The translations under genes were made by a program, and so were the position numbers. Under the pieces are notes generated by a model. It searched no databases. It had not been told where the DNA came from and saw nothing but the letters and a program-made list of their open reading frames with translations. Source: a virus (taxonomy: Duplodnaviria > Heunggongvirae > Uroviricota > Caudoviricetes). Taken from it: DNA of 64,000 bases. The DNA lies in the IMG/VR virus record IMGVR_UViG_3300031344_000001. One strand, 5' to 3'. Positions within the stretch are counted from its first letter, which is position 1. Each line of letters opens with the position of its first letter. Below are positions 9,209 through 18,515 of this stretch, piece after piece.

Positions 9209-10323
9209 CTCCGGGACCTCTTCTTACGCGGTCGATCGTCGCCGAGCGCCACGAACTCGCGCAGGAGATCCTCCTGCTTGGGGGACAGCTTCCGCGGCAC
9301 TTCGACGATGAAGCGGACCACGTGGTCACCACGCTCTCCTCCGCCGACGCTCGGGATGCCCTGGCCGCGACGATGCAACTCGTCGCCCGGCTGCGTGCCG
9401 GGACGCAACTCCAGGATCGCGGTCCCCGTGCAGTCGTCGTCGAGCGTGTCGACCTCGACCTCGCCGCCGAGCGCTGCTTGGGCGAAGCTGATCGTCACCT
9501 CGCTGGTGACGTCGCTGCCGTCGCGCGTGAAGCGCTCGTCTTCTTGGACGTGGAGGACGACGTGGAGGTCGCCGGAGGCGCCGCCGGGCACGCTCTCGCC
9601 CCTGCCGGAGACGCGGAGCGTTTGGCCGTCGTCGACGCCGGCTGGGACCGTCAAGGACAGCGTGGACTTCTCGGTCCGCGTGCCTCGCCCGCGGCAGTCC
9701 GGGCACGGGTCCTTGATCGTCTTCCCCGCGCCCTGGCAGTGCGGACACGTCGTCTGCACCATGAAGAAGCCTTGTGCGTGAGTGACCTGACCCTTGCCCT
9801 GGCACGCACGGCAAGGCTCGGGTTGCGCTGCGCCGCGCACGCCGGTCGCGCGACACGCCGCGCACCCCGCGGCGCGCGTGACCTCGACGTCCTTGCGCAC
9901 GCCCCACACGGCCTCGCGGAAGGTGAGCCTCAGGTCGAGGCGCAGGTCGGCACCGCGCGTCGGTCGGCGCGAGTTGCGACCAAAGAAGTCGCCGAACAAG
10001 TCGCCGAACGCCGAGAAGATGTCGTCGACGTTGTTGAAGCCGCCGCTGAACCCCGCCCCTGGTCCGTCGCCGGGGGCAGCGCCGCCGCGGCGGATCCCGT
10101 CGAAGCCGTGGCGGTCGTACGCAGCACGCTTGTCGGTGTCGGACAGGACCTGGTAGGCGTTCGCGGCCTCCTTGAACTTCTCCTCGGCGGTCTTGTCTCC
10201 CGGGCACTTGTCGGGGTGGTACAGCTGCGCGAGGCGGCGGTAGGCTTTCTTGAGGTCGGCTGGCGTCGCCGCGCGCGGGACGCCGAGCACCTCGTAGAGG
10301 TCGCGAGGCGCAGACGTGCTCAC
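9205..10323 (-). CDS. dnaJ: Molecular chaperone DnaJ (type I: J domain, G/F region, 4x CxxCxGxG zinc finger, C-terminal domain)
   Basis: J domain with HPD ([13 protein letters not shown]); [32 protein letters not shown] repeats; GTG start with GGAGG RBS. Confidence 0.9.
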   Translation of the reverse strand: MSTSAPRDLYEVLGVPRAATPADLKKAYRRLAQLYHPDKCPGDKTAEEKFKEAANAYQVLSDTDKRAAYDRHGFDGIRRGGAAPGDGPGAGFSGGFNNVDDIFSAFGDLFGDFFGRNSRRPTRGADLRLDLRLTFREAVWGVRKDVEVTRAAGCAACRATGVRGAAQPEPCRACQGKGQVTHAQGFFMVQTTCPHCQGAGKTIKDPCPDCRGRGTRTEKSTLSLTVPAGVDDGQTLRVSGRGESVPGGASGDLHVVLHVQEDERFTRDGSDVTSEVTISFAQAALGGEVEVDTLDDDCTGTAILELRPGTQPGDELHRRGQGIPSVGGGERGDHVVRFIVEVPRKLSPKQEDLLREFVALGDDRPRKKRSRR

Positions 10324-10637
10324 GCCGTGCCTCCGGGAGCCTGCGGCTGGCGGAGGACCGCTCCCGCCTCGAGCTTGGGGATCGCCAACTCGCACGAGCG
10401 CAGCTCGATGAGGAGGTTCTGCGGCACGACCTGCGCCTTGCTCAGGACCTCGTCGACGAGGCGGCGGGGTTCCACGACGGCGGTCCGGAGCTTCGCCAGC
10501 TCAGTGTCTCGCTCGGCGCTTCGCGGTGGTGTCGCGGCGGTGATGAGCATGCAGGTTTTGGCCCACGCGACCTCGTCGATCAGGCGATCGATCAGCTCGC
10601 GCGACGGGCGGTTTGGGGGGTCGGAGCAGGCGGGCAT
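10320..10637 (-). CDS. Hypothetical protein, translationally coupled upstream of dnaJ
   Basis: GTGA overlap with dnaJ; protein-like composition. Confidence 0.45.
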   Translation of the reverse strand: MPACSDPPNRPSRELIDRLIDEVAWAKTCMLITAATPPRSAERDTELAKLRTAVVEPRRLVDEVLSKAQVVPQNLLIELRSCELAIPKLEAGAVLRQPQAPGGTA

Positions 10638-10834
10638 TTGCTGGGGAGTCTACTCGGTGGAGGGTGGGAACCTGACACAGATCCGCGCCTCACCGCCATC
10701 GTTTCGATCCTGGGCCTTGCCATCACACCGAGTGCACGTTTGGAGGCGCCCTGCGCCCTGGCGCCTGGCGCCTCGGAGGTCAGCGGTCAGCGGGGTGCCG
10801 CGTGATCGCGTATAAGCGACCTTGAGCCGGCGCG
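10638..10834. promoter_or_regulatory. Divergent intergenic/promoter region
   Basis: 197-bp non-coding gap between divergent gene starts; contains tandem CTGGCGCC. Confidence 0.35.
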
Positions 10835-12172
10835 GTGCTGGCCGACGAGGAGCAGGAGATGCCGGAGCAGATCGAACAGCTCGACGCGACCCGAAGTGTC
10901 GCAGATCACCACGCTTGGTTCGTTGGAGAGCTGGACCGGCTCGCCAGCGCCGTCAAGCTGGACCCGACCCACGTACCGTCTGGGCTGCTCGAGATCATCG
11001 CGAACGCACGCGCGCACTCGGAGGCGCTCGTCGCGAACCCGCTGCACCGCGAGCCGATCGCGGTCGTCGGTGTTGACCCACGGACCGCGGGCATGATCGA
11101 GATGCACGCCGCGCTCGTCCAGTCGGCGCACGCCGAAGCGGCGCTCGCCGCGCCGAACAACGTCCCCCCGAAGCCCGACAGCTGGTTGCAGCGACTTCGT
11201 GACCGCATCTTCGGGCATGCCGAACCCAACGCTCAGCGCTACGGTGACTTCGACGTCCACTGGCTTGAAGCACTCGCCGAGCGCCTCACCGCGAAGAAGG
11301 CCGCCTTTTCGACGGCTCCTCCCGCCGACCTCGCGATCGGCGCGGGCAAGGTGCGGCTCGCGATCGTCGGTGACTGGGGAACCGGTCTGCCGGAGTCCGA
11401 CCTGATCGGCACGCACATGCTCGCGACCGATCCCGACTACACGATCCACCTCGGCGACGTCTACTACGCCGGGACGGTCCCCGAGGAGGAGCGCTACGTC
11501 GAGTTGTGGCCAGGCGCGCCCGGCAAGTCACTGTCGCTCAACTCCAACCACGAGATGTACAGCGGGGGTCACGGCTACTTCGAGGCGACTCTCGGGAGCG
11601 CGAAGTTCGCGCTCCAGCAGCACGCGAGTTACTTCGTGATGCGCCACGAGCACTTCCTGATCATCGGGCTCGACTCGGCGTACTACGCTGACGACTTCCT
11701 GTACCAGCAAGGCAACCTCGACGACGTCCAGCTGCGGTTCGTCCGCGAGCTCGCCGCGGCAAACCCAACCCGCAACATCGTCATCCTGACGCACCACCAC
11801 GGGCTCGACCTCGATAACGCGCCGACGCGGATGTGGAGCCAGGTGCTCGGCGCCGTCGGCCGGCCGTTCCTGTGGGTGTGGGGACACATCCACGCCGGCG
11901 TGGCGCACGAACCGCGGCCGTTCCCGTTCCCGGTGTTCGCACGCTGCGTCGGCCACGGAGGTGTGCCGCATTCGCCGTTCACTGCGGCCGAGGCGGCGAC
12001 GTATGCTTGGGCGGAAACGCGCCTCGCCGATGATCGCGACGAGGCGAAGCGCGCGCTCAACGGGTTCTACACGCTCGAGATCGACGGCGCCACGCTGACC
12101 GAGCGGTTCATCGACGAGCGCGGTGACGAGACGTACTCGTCGGTGGTGTTCCGCGGACCGCCGACGCGCTGA
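10835..12172 (+). CDS. Calcineurin-like metallophosphoesterase
   Basis: Motifs IVGDWGTG, HLGDVYYAG, NSNHE, LTHHHG, WGHIHAG. Confidence 0.8.
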   Translation: MLADEEQEMPEQIEQLDATRSVADHHAWFVGELDRLASAVKLDPTHVPSGLLEIIANARAHSEALVANPLHREPIAVVGVDPRTAGMIEMHAALVQSAHAEAALAAPNNVPPKPDSWLQRLRDRIFGHAEPNAQRYGDFDVHWLEALAERLTAKKAAFSTAPPADLAIGAGKVRLAIVGDWGTGLPESDLIGTHMLATDPDYTIHLGDVYYAGTVPEEERYVELWPGAPGKSLSLNSNHEMYSGGHGYFEATLGSAKFALQQHASYFVMRHEHFLIIGLDSAYYADDFLYQQGNLDDVQLRFVRELAAANPTRNIVILTHHHGLDLDNAPTRMWSQVLGAVGRPFLWVWGHIHAGVAHEPRPFPFPVFARCVGHGGVPHSPFTAAEAATYAWAETRLADDRDEAKRALNGFYTLEIDGATLTERFIDERGDETYSSVVFRGPPTR

Positions 12173-12180
12173 CGGGGGGC

Positions 12181-12528
12181 TCACCGCTTCGGTTCGTAGC
12201 AGCGCCCTCCGGCTCCGAGCGACGACCCGAGTTGCCCGCGGCGCCGCATCGATTCGAGCACCGAGCGCGTCCAGGTGCGCTGCCGCTCCTTGGTGGCCCA
12301 GCGGAAGTCCTCTGGCATGTGCGCCTGGCGCAGGTAGTCGGCGACGAGACCGACCGTCACGCATGGTTCTTTGCCCCCGACGGTCGCGTGTCGTCTGTAC
12401 GCGCCCTCGATGATCTCCGTCGCGCCGGCCTCGATTGCCGTGCGCACGGCGTCGGGGATCCGCTTTCGTGCAGCGTGCCTCGTGAGGGCTGCGGCAATCT
12501 CGGCGTCGAGTTGGGAAGTCTTGGTCAC
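12181..12528 (-). CDS. Hypothetical protein with N-terminal TKTSQLDAEIAAAL motif (copy 2)
   Basis: GTG start in GTGA overlap with the upstream gene. Confidence 0.5.
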   Translation of the reverse strand: MTKTSQLDAEIAAALTRHAARKRIPDAVRTAIEAGATEIIEGAYRRHATVGGKEPCVTVGLVADYLRQAHMPEDFRWATKERQRTWTRSVLESMRRRGQLGSSLGAGGRCYEPKR

Positions 12529-12974
12529 CGCTGCTTGCTCTTCGGTCGGACCCACAGGACGTCCACCTCCTCGACACCGTGGTCGGCGAGAACTGACAGC
12601 CGGTGGTTCCCGTCGATCACTCCACCGTGCTGGTCGATGACGATCGGCCAGGGTTCTTGGTGCTGGTAGACGATCAGCCCTTCGACTTGATCGTACCGCC
12701 TGAGGTTCTGGCGGACCTCCTTGGCGTCGCTGTCGGGATCCACCTCGTAGTCGAACCTCGACCCGGGGTCCAGGTCGTGGATCGGTACGCCGCGAACGAG
12801 GTCCCACGTGTACTTAGACGGGGATTTGAACTCGGGGAACTTGACGGCCTTCTTGATCAGGGCGCCGTAGGACTTTGGGTCGACGCGCTCTCTGTGGAGG
12901 GAGACCAGCCACTCCGGGGCGCTCAGGGCTTCGTCGATCTCGGCGTCGAGTTGCGAGGGCTTCTTGGGTGTCAT
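12525..12974 (-). CDS. ParB-like nuclease-domain protein with N-terminal motif (copy 3)
   Basis: N-term MTPKKPSQLDAEIDEAL; VIDGNHRLSVLADHG resembles the ParB/Srx DGxHR motif; ATGA overlap with the upstream gene. Confidence 0.45.
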   Translation of the reverse strand: MTPKKPSQLDAEIDEALSAPEWLVSLHRERVDPKSYGALIKKAVKFPEFKSPSKYTWDLVRGVPIHDLDPGSRFDYEVDPDSDAKEVRQNLRRYDQVEGLIVYQHQEPWPIVIDQHGGVIDGNHRLSVLADHGVEEVDVLWVRPKSKQR

Positions 12975-13306
12975 CGGTCTTCTGCTTCGGACGCGATCCA
13001 TTCCTGCATGTCCGCCTTCACAGCGCTCTCCGCGCAACTCTGCCAGGCATCACGCCACGCTCTGTAAGCGGCTCTCAGCTCGAGACCGCTCTTGAGGATC
13101 CCGTCAACGTCGGCTTGAGAGAGCCACTGATCGTACTGGTCCTCGTCGTTACCCCACGCTTCGCGCACGATCTTCTTGGCAGCTCCGCTGCCTTGCGGTT
13201 TGCCGAGGCGTTCCCAAGCGTCGTTGTGGTCGCTCGTGTTGAATACGTTGGCGCAGTCCTGGTAGCCGGTTCGGGCGAAGTCCCCGTAGTTTAGTCTGTC
13301 CCGCAT
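12971..13306 (-). CDS. Hypothetical protein (111 aa)
   Basis: ATG preceded by AGGAGA, encoded within the C-terminal tail of the upstream gene. Confidence 0.45.
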   Translation of the reverse strand: MRDRLNYGDFARTGYQDCANVFNTSDHNDAWERLGKPQGSGAAKKIVREAWGNDEDQYDQWLSQADVDGILKSGLELRAAYRAWRDAWQSCAESAVKADMQEWIASEAEDR

Positions 13307-13608
13307 TTGGATCTCCTAAGAGCCTCGGCGATCTCGGCGTCGAGGCGGGCCCGCGTCCTCTTCACCGGGGGCACCGGGGTCCGTGGCACGGTTTCCAGCG
13401 TCGCGTACTTCGGGTTCATGCGCATCTCGACGGTCTTCGCGACGCGCCCGCGGTCGACGATGCGCAGTCGTCGGTGGGCACCGGGGGGCTCGACCTCGTC
13501 GCCCTCGGCGTTGACCTCGACGCCGCGGATGAAGAGCACAGAGTCGCTGGTGACGCGTAGGATGAAGCGCGTGCCGTCGTCGAGCGTGACCTTCAGGTAG
13601 CGGATCAC
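13291..13608 (-). CDS. Hypothetical protein with C-terminal RARLDAEIAEAL motif (copy 4)
   Basis: GTGA overlap with the upstream gene; the motif is immediately followed by the RBS of the next gene. Confidence 0.45.
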   Translation of the reverse strand: MIRYLKVTLDDGTRFILRVTSDSVLFIRGVEVNAEGDEVEPPGAHRRLRIVDRGRVAKTVEMRMNPKYATLETVPRTPVPPVKRTRARLDAEIAEALRRSKCGTD

Positions 13609-14021
13609 GTGAGCCCCTGGGCCGCGAGGAGCTGCTGGACCTCGGCGCGCAGCGCGCCCACCTCGCGGTGCAGCTGTGACCGGGGCGTGTGAGGAAACAT
13701 CGGGGAGCCCAGGTTGGCGTCGAGGCCCGGGACCTCGACGTTGTCGACTTGGTCGTTCACGACCTTCGTGAGGCCGCCGAGCGCTCTCAGGCGATCGGCG
13801 GTCGGGGAGGGACCGACGGCCTCGACGGAGGCGCGGACGACCTCCAGCCGCCCTAGGCGGTACGCCTCGGAGGCGCGGACGCGGTCCGTCACGACCTCCG
13901 CCGCCGTGGACAGGGGGTCGCGGCGGTCGGTGTAGGACACCCTGCCTGCGCCGGACTCCTGCGCGGCGCGCGTCACGGCGATCTCGCGGTCGAGCTGGGC
14001 GGATTTCCGACGATCAGACAT
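13605..14021 (-). CDS. Hypothetical protein with N-terminal MSDRRKSAQLDREIA motif (copy 5)
   Basis: ATG at 14021 with AAGGAAGG RBS. Confidence 0.5.
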   Translation of the reverse strand: MSDRRKSAQLDREIAVTRAAQESGAGRVSYTDRRDPLSTAAEVVTDRVRASEAYRLGRLEVVRASVEAVGPSPTADRLRALGGLTKVVNDQVDNVEVPGLDANLGSPMFPHTPRSQLHREVGALRAEVQQLLAAQGLT

Positions 14022-14313
14022 CGGACCAGCCTTCCTTGCTCGCGAGGCCCTGCATGTAGCGACCGCCACGCCAGCGGTGCCACACCTCGACACGCGAGTG
14101 CTCCCCCTGACGCACGAGCTTCATTGCGGCGCGCTTCGCCGCAAGACGAGACCGAAATTCCGGTTCCAGCGGCTGCTCCTTGGTGTCGGTGAGGTAGAAG
14201 ACTCTTTCGTCGTCGCTGTCATCGTCAGACGTAGACGTGGACGCGGATCCCGCGAGCGCTGCGGCGATTTCGCGGCTGAGCTGTGTAGCGGACGTTTTCG
14301 AGCGCCTGTTCAT
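14014..14313 (-). CDS. Hypothetical protein with N-terminal RRSKTSATQLSREIAAAL motif (copy 6)
   Basis: GGGAGAAG RBS; Asp-rich segment SDDDSDDE. Confidence 0.5.
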   Translation of the reverse strand: MNRRSKTSATQLSREIAAALAGSASTSTSDDDSDDERVFYLTDTKEQPLEPEFRSRLAAKRAAMKLVRQGEHSRVEVWHRWRGGRYMQGLASKEGWSDV

Positions 14314-14315
14314 TG

Positions 14316-15023
14316 TCAGCTTCTCCCAGGGACAATCTTGATCCGCTTTGGATCGAAGATCACCCAGTCGTCGTCCAGATGGATGCTGTCGTAACCGAGG
14401 CTCTCCAACTCATCGAGGCTATGCCGGTCGTACTCGTCCCAACCCGCGGTCTTGTCAACGTGCAGAAGTGCCTTGATCAGATGCTTCGTGCTCACGGCAC
14501 CGCTTTCGCCGCGTAAGATCTTGTCCTTGTCCGTGCTAAACCAGAACACGCCCTGCGCTGAATAGCGCGGATCGAAGCGTCGGATCTGCACGTCGCTGCC
14601 GTGATACGCGGTGATGACGCGGGGATGTGATCTAACGAGGACTTTGGTCTCGCGCTTGAGCGTTGTTTCCGATGGCTGCCCCGTGAGTGCGGCGGCGACC
14701 TCGCGGTCAAGTTGGGAGGACGTCTTCTTCCTCAGCGAACTGTGCGATCTGGAAGATTCGGAGGCCCTACGGTACCACGCCGCGTCGACGACGTTGCCTT
14801 CGACGGCGATCGCGTGCAGCGGGCCGTGCTGACTGTTGGCCTCGGCGACGGCGTCGCGCTTCGTCGCGAAATCGTCGCCCGCCTCGTCAGCGTACGTCGT
14901 GATCTTGCCGGACGGGTAGAACACGTCGTAGTCCCACCGGCCGTTCAAGCGTCGGTGCACGCGCACCCGCAGCGAGTCGTGCCTGTCGCGGTAGACGTAG
15001 TCGGCGTGCTTGCGCGCGGTCAT
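14316..15023 (-). CDS. Hypothetical two-module protein with internal RKKTSSQLDREVAAAL motif (copy 7)
   Basis: Single 235-aa ORF; the motif sits at the junction of the N- and C-terminal modules; no ATG/GTG start at the junction. Confidence 0.5.
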   Translation of the reverse strand: MTARKHADYVYRDRHDSLRVRVHRRLNGRWDYDVFYPSGKITTYADEAGDDFATKRDAVAEANSQHGPLHAIAVEGNVVDAAWYRRASESSRSHSSLRKKTSSQLDREVAAALTGQPSETTLKRETKVLVRSHPRVITAYHGSDVQIRRFDPRYSAQGVFWFSTDKDKILRGESGAVSTKHLIKALLHVDKTAGWDEYDRHSLDELESLGYDSIHLDDDWVIFDPKRIKIVPGRS

Positions 15024-15355
15024 CTTCCGCCGGGAACGTCGAGTGCGACCTCACGCCCCATCGCACGGTAGTGAAGACGGCGTTCGTCGATGTTGTCTTG
15101 CACGTCCGGCGTGGGCGTCTCCTCGGCGTCGTCGAACTCGCCGCCGTTGTCCGAGATCGTGTAGCGCTCCTCGTCGTCCTCGTCCTCGTCCTCGTCGTCC
15201 TCGTCGTCGTCCTCGTCGTCGTCCTCGTCGTCGTCCTCGTCGTCGTCTTCGTCGTTGTCCGCATGCACCGAAACCGAGATCGTCACTGGCTGCTTCGCGG
15301 CGAGCGCGGCAGCGATCTCACGATCGAGTTGGGCGGCGGTCTTCTTACGCTTCAC
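15020..15355 (-). CDS. Motif-tagged protein with a 30-residue pure Asp/Glu tract (copy 8)
   Basis: N-term MKRKKTAAQLDREIAAAL followed by DEDDDEDDDEDDDEDDDEDDEDEDEDDEER; encoded by a (GTC/CTC)n trinucleotide repeat at 15163..15259. Confidence 0.5.
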   Translation of the reverse strand: MKRKKTAAQLDREIAAALAAKQPVTISVSVHADNDEDDDEDDDEDDDEDDDEDDEDEDEDDEERYTISDNGGEFDDAEETPTPDVQDNIDERRLHYRAMGREVALDVPGGR

Positions 15356-15393
15356 GGCGTCACGCTACCAGCACGGTAAGGCGGTGCTTACGT

Positions 15394-15660
15394 CTAGGGT
15401 TTCAGGATCAGGTCCACGAGTGTCCTGATATTGTCGTCGGTCGCTCCATTGAGGCGTGCCGCTACAATCGCCAGCCCCATCAAGTGTCCGGACAAACCGA
15501 AGAGGTCGTAGCAAGGGGCTGCGTCGCTGCGGGCCTCGCATTCATCGGTGCTGATCACGCACAGCCTGTGCAGCGTAGTCAGTTGGCTTTCGAGCAGTGC
15601 ACGGGTGTGATCGATGCTTTCGAGGCACTCTTCGATCTCGATCGCGGGTTCGGCGCTCAT
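15394..15660 (-). CDS. Hypothetical protein (88 aa)
   Basis: Protein-like, acidic; flanked by lower-GC intergenic DNA. Confidence 0.4.
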   Translation of the reverse strand: MSAEPAIEIEECLESIDHTRALLESQLTTLHRLCVISTDECEARSDAAPCYDLFGLSGHLMGLAIVAARLNGATDDNIRTLVDLILKP

Positions 15661-15765
15661 TGGCGTAGTGTCCTGGCAGGCGCTTCGATCCTCGATGAAT
15701 CAAGTGGCTTCCGATTCATGTTTTCACCTCGCTATGTATTCGAGCCTGAGAAGCGTGATCGGTGA

Positions 15766-16242
15766 TCAGCGCGGTCGCACCTCGGAGCGCTTCTTCCAGA
15801 TCTCGTGGCGACGCGGCGGTTCGCCAGTCCTCCTGGCCTCTTCGAGGTCGTACTTGAACGAATACTCGACGCGCACGCGCTTCGGTGTCGCGCGCACGAC
15901 GACTCCGGGCCGGTAGCCGTGGGCGCTCTTCCCCGAGTAGCTCGGCGATTTGAACGAGACCTTGTCGCCAGGCTGGTAGTCGCGCTCGGTGCTCTTCAGG
16001 TGCGGGATGAGGGCTGGCGAGGGGTTCGCGGCGGAGTAGCCGGCACCGAGCGAGAGGCCCTGGTTCTCGACGTAGCCCTTCCAGTGCACGAGCAGGCGCT
16101 CGGCGCTCGACACGGAGGCGCTGAGCGCGTGGGCGCCCCACTTGCCGCCGTCCATCACGATCTGATCGCCCTTGCGGTAGAGCTGGAGGCCGCCGGGCTT
16201 GGGGAGTGTTGCGATCAGGTTGTCGGCTTCGGTGTTGGTCAT
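15766..16242 (-). CDS. Hypothetical protein (158 aa)
   Basis: ORF track; balanced composition. Confidence 0.5.
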   Translation of the reverse strand: MTNTEADNLIATLPKPGGLQLYRKGDQIVMDGGKWGAHALSASVSSAERLLVHWKGYVENQGLSLGAGYSAANPSPALIPHLKSTERDYQPGDKVSFKSPSYSGKSAHGYRPGVVVRATPKRVRVEYSFKYDLEEARRTGEPPRRHEIWKKRSEVRPR

Positions 16243-16245
16243 GAC

Positions 16246-16488
16246 CTAGTTACCCCAGTCGAGGGCGTCGTAGTTCGTCGAGTAGGCCGCCGTCGCGCCG
16301 ACCGAGGTCGACGTACCGCGTCGGATCCCGACGGCGCCGTCGTCCTCGACCCAGGTGGCGTGACTTTCTGGATCGATCTGCGCGTGGTTCTGCGGCTCGG
16401 TTTCGTCGGCACCGTAGTAGAAGCGCGCCCTGGCGGCGCTGCCGTCACGGTAGTTGAGGAAGCCCGTCTTGGCTCGAAGCGCGCCCAT
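16246..16488 (-). CDS. Small hypothetical protein
   Basis: ORF track; protein-like. Confidence 0.35.
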   Translation of the reverse strand: MGALRAKTGFLNYRDGSAARARFYYGADETEPQNHAQIDPESHATWVEDDGAVGIRRGTSTSVGATAAYSTNYDALDWGN

Positions 16489-16498
16489 CGGGGGGATC

Positions 16499-17074
16499 TT
16501 ACCGCGGAGGCCGGGCCAGGTCTCTTTTTGGATCAGGCGGCTGGGCGACCTCCGCGAGGGAGAGCGCGACGCGCCGGAGCAGCCCCGCGGTCTCGACCCG
16601 CGCGCCGGACCACTTGCTCTCGCGGGGCCCGGCGATGAGCAGCCTTGTCGGGATGGGGTTGAGAGGTGCCCCGAGCAGAGGCAACGGCAGCGTCTTCGTC
16701 ATCATCATCAGGTCGCTCCAGATCCAGCGCGCGACCCGCGCCGGATCGCACGTCGGGTCGACGATCAGGCGGGGGAGGTGACGTCCGGCTGCGAGGTCGA
16801 TCGTCTTGGCGGTGCCGGGTGTCACCCGTGGGTCGTCGGCGTCGTGGACCACGATCAGCGCAGCGCTCGCCCTCTGTACGTTGGCCTCGGTGCGCGCGGC
16901 GTAGCTGGTCTTGTCGTGCAGCGTGAGGAACCGCGCGACGGCCTCCGGGATCTTGCCGCGCTCGTCGCGGCCGTCGCGCGGCATGTAGCCCGTGACGAGC
17001 CAGCCGTTGTCGAGGGCGGCCTCGTGCGCGCCGCGGTCGACACCCGTCTGTCCGCCATGCACGACTGTGATCAT
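16499..17074 (-). CDS. SLOG/putative molybdenum-carrier-like Rossmann protein (LOG/DprA-like)
   Basis: N-term MITVVHGGQTGVDRGAHEAALDNGW matches the GGQTGVD signature as I recall it. Confidence 0.5.
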   Translation of the reverse strand: MITVVHGGQTGVDRGAHEAALDNGWLVTGYMPRDGRDERGKIPEAVARFLTLHDKTSYAARTEANVQRASAALIVVHDADDPRVTPGTAKTIDLAAGRHLPRLIVDPTCDPARVARWIWSDLMMMTKTLPLPLLGAPLNPIPTRLLIAGPRESKWSGARVETAGLLRRVALSLAEVAQPPDPKRDLARPPR

Positions 17075-17550
17075 GGGGTCTTCGCCTCCGCCACTGCCTC
17101 GACGCTCCTCGTCGTCGTCGTGTCCTTCGCCTGGTAGCCGATCGCGCAGAGGACCTCGGCCTCGGCAGCCCGGTGCGCTTGCTCCGCCACGGCAAGAGTG
17201 GTCTTCGCGTCCTCGATCGCGCGTGCTGTCGACTGGAGACGTTGGAGCGCCGTGGCGGGCAGCCTCCGCGCGCGCAGGTCCAGCTCGGCGAGTGCCGTCA
17301 GGATGTCACGGCACGCGAGGTGCCCGAGGCCGTCGCGATCTAGGGCGCCGACTTGGCGCGTGGCGTTCGCGAGGGCTTCGGCAACCTGGCCCCTCGTGAC
17401 GAGGACGAGCGCGTGGTCCGGGTCGATCAGTAGCCTCAGCGCCTCGGCGGGCGGGAATCGTGAGCGCTCGCCGACAGCGCGCTGGCGCGGACTCCTGGAG
17501 CACGTCGTCCGGTTGTGCCCGTCCTCGCGGCAGAGGGCGCACTTCATGGC
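17071..17550 (-). CDS. CCHC zinc-knuckle protein
   Basis: ATGA overlap; CALCREDGHNRTTC (C-x2-C-x4-H-x4-C). Confidence 0.45.
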   Translation of the reverse strand, partial: AMKCALCREDGHNRTTCSRSPRQRAVGERSRFPPAEALRLLIDPDHALVLVTRGQVAEALANATRQVGALDRDGLGHLACRDILTALAELDLRARRLPATALQRLQSTARAIEDAKTTLAVAEQAHRAAEAEVLCAIGYQAKDTTTTRSVEAVAEAKTP

Positions 17551-17810
17551 AGGGCCCTGCCCAGGTCGCGCTCGAGTCGCGCGCGCTTCGCCGCGCGGTC
17601 GTCCTCGTCGCCCGTGTCGCTGTTGACGTGGATTGTCGGTGCGACGTGCAGCTCGACGCGGCAGAGCGCCCCGCCGACGTTCGCCAGGCACAACCAGCGC
17701 CCGTCGAACGTCTTCAGCGCCTTGCCGACGTAGCGGATGCCAGTTGACTCGTCGACGACGCCGTCGACGTCGATCTCGGTCGCGTCGGCGTTCGTAGTGA
17801 CTTCCACCAT
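17544..17810 (-). CDS. Small acidic hypothetical protein
   Basis: ATG with strong AAGGAGAAG RBS. Confidence 0.45.
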   Translation of the reverse strand: MVEVTTNADATEIDVDGVVDESTGIRYVGKALKTFDGRWLCLANVGGALCRVELHVAPTIHVNSDTGDEDDRAAKRARLERDLGRALP

Positions 17811-17829
17811 CAGCGCTTCTCCTTGATGA

Positions 17830-18117
17830 TCACGAGGCACGCGTCCCTGATCGGGAGGGCAGTGTCCAGCCGTTCACGAGGTACGTGCGCGGCGTGTCAT
17901 CCCGCAGCGGTGGCAGCGTCTCAGCGGGCTCGCCGTCGTAGTGCCGCTGTATGGCGCCGCAGGCAGGGCACCACAGGATCGCGAGCCCGGTGAGCGGCTC
18001 GGGTGGGACGGTGTCGAGGGAGAACGTGCCTGCGATCCAGCTCGGGCGGTCGTGGGCACAGAGGTCCTTGATCCGGTTGTCACCCATCGCTTTTGCTCCA
18101 TGGGCGGAGGCGTTCAT
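17830..18117 (-). CDS. Small hypothetical protein (CxxC)
   Basis: ATGA overlap with the upstream gene; WCPACG. Confidence 0.4.
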   Translation of the reverse strand: MNASAHGAKAMGDNRIKDLCAHDRPSWIAGTFSLDTVPPEPLTGLAILWCPACGAIQRHYDGEPAETLPPLRDDTPRTYLVNGWTLPSRSGTRAS

Positions 18118-18515
18118 CGCAGCACAACTTTGATCACGTCCGTCTTCGCGTTCATTGACGATTCGATGCCGCTGCCGCTGTTCGCAGTCAGTTCTCCGGT
18201 CTTCACGAACAAGCGCTGTGCGCCGAGGTAACCGCCATGGCCTGCGTTGTCGCCCGACACAGGCCAATAGATGAAGTGTTCCCCACGCGCCAGGGCGCCA
18301 AACTTGAGCTTCTGGTCTGACATCGTTTGCACCGCGGGTTTTTGATCGGGCTCGTCGTCGAGGACTTCTCCGATGTCCCAGGGCGTAACTTGCTCCTCGG
18401 GTCCGTCGGCATAGCGCACGCGGTCGTCTTCGCCGTCGGGCGTGACCTTGGTGACGACGGCGATTCGCCCGTCGCGCATGCGGACGCGCGTCCCGGGACT
18501 CGGCATGAAGCTCAT
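18114..18515 (-). CDS. Hypothetical protein (133 aa)
   Basis: Start at MSFMPSPGTRV; the upstream part of the long ORF is R-rich and rejected. Confidence 0.45.
   Translation of the reverse strand: MSFMPSPGTRVRMRDGRIAVVTKVTPDGEDDRVRYADGPEEQVTPWDIGEVLDDEPDQKPAVQTMSDQKLKFGALARGEHFIYWPVSGDNAGHGGYLGAQRLFVKTGELTANSGSGIESSMNAKTDVIKVVLR

Noticed and set aside
10638-10834. CIRCE or HAIR heat-shock operator upstream of dnaJ
   Set aside because: No TTAGCACTC-N9-GAGTGCTAA or CTTGAGT-N7-ACTCAAG-like inverted repeat is found. There is only a partial GAGTGCAC.
14316-15023. Splitting the 235-aa ORF into two genes at the internal motif
   Set aside because: There is no ATG, GTG or TTG start and no RBS at the junction, only a CTG, and there is no intervening stop. 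I kept it as one two-module protein.
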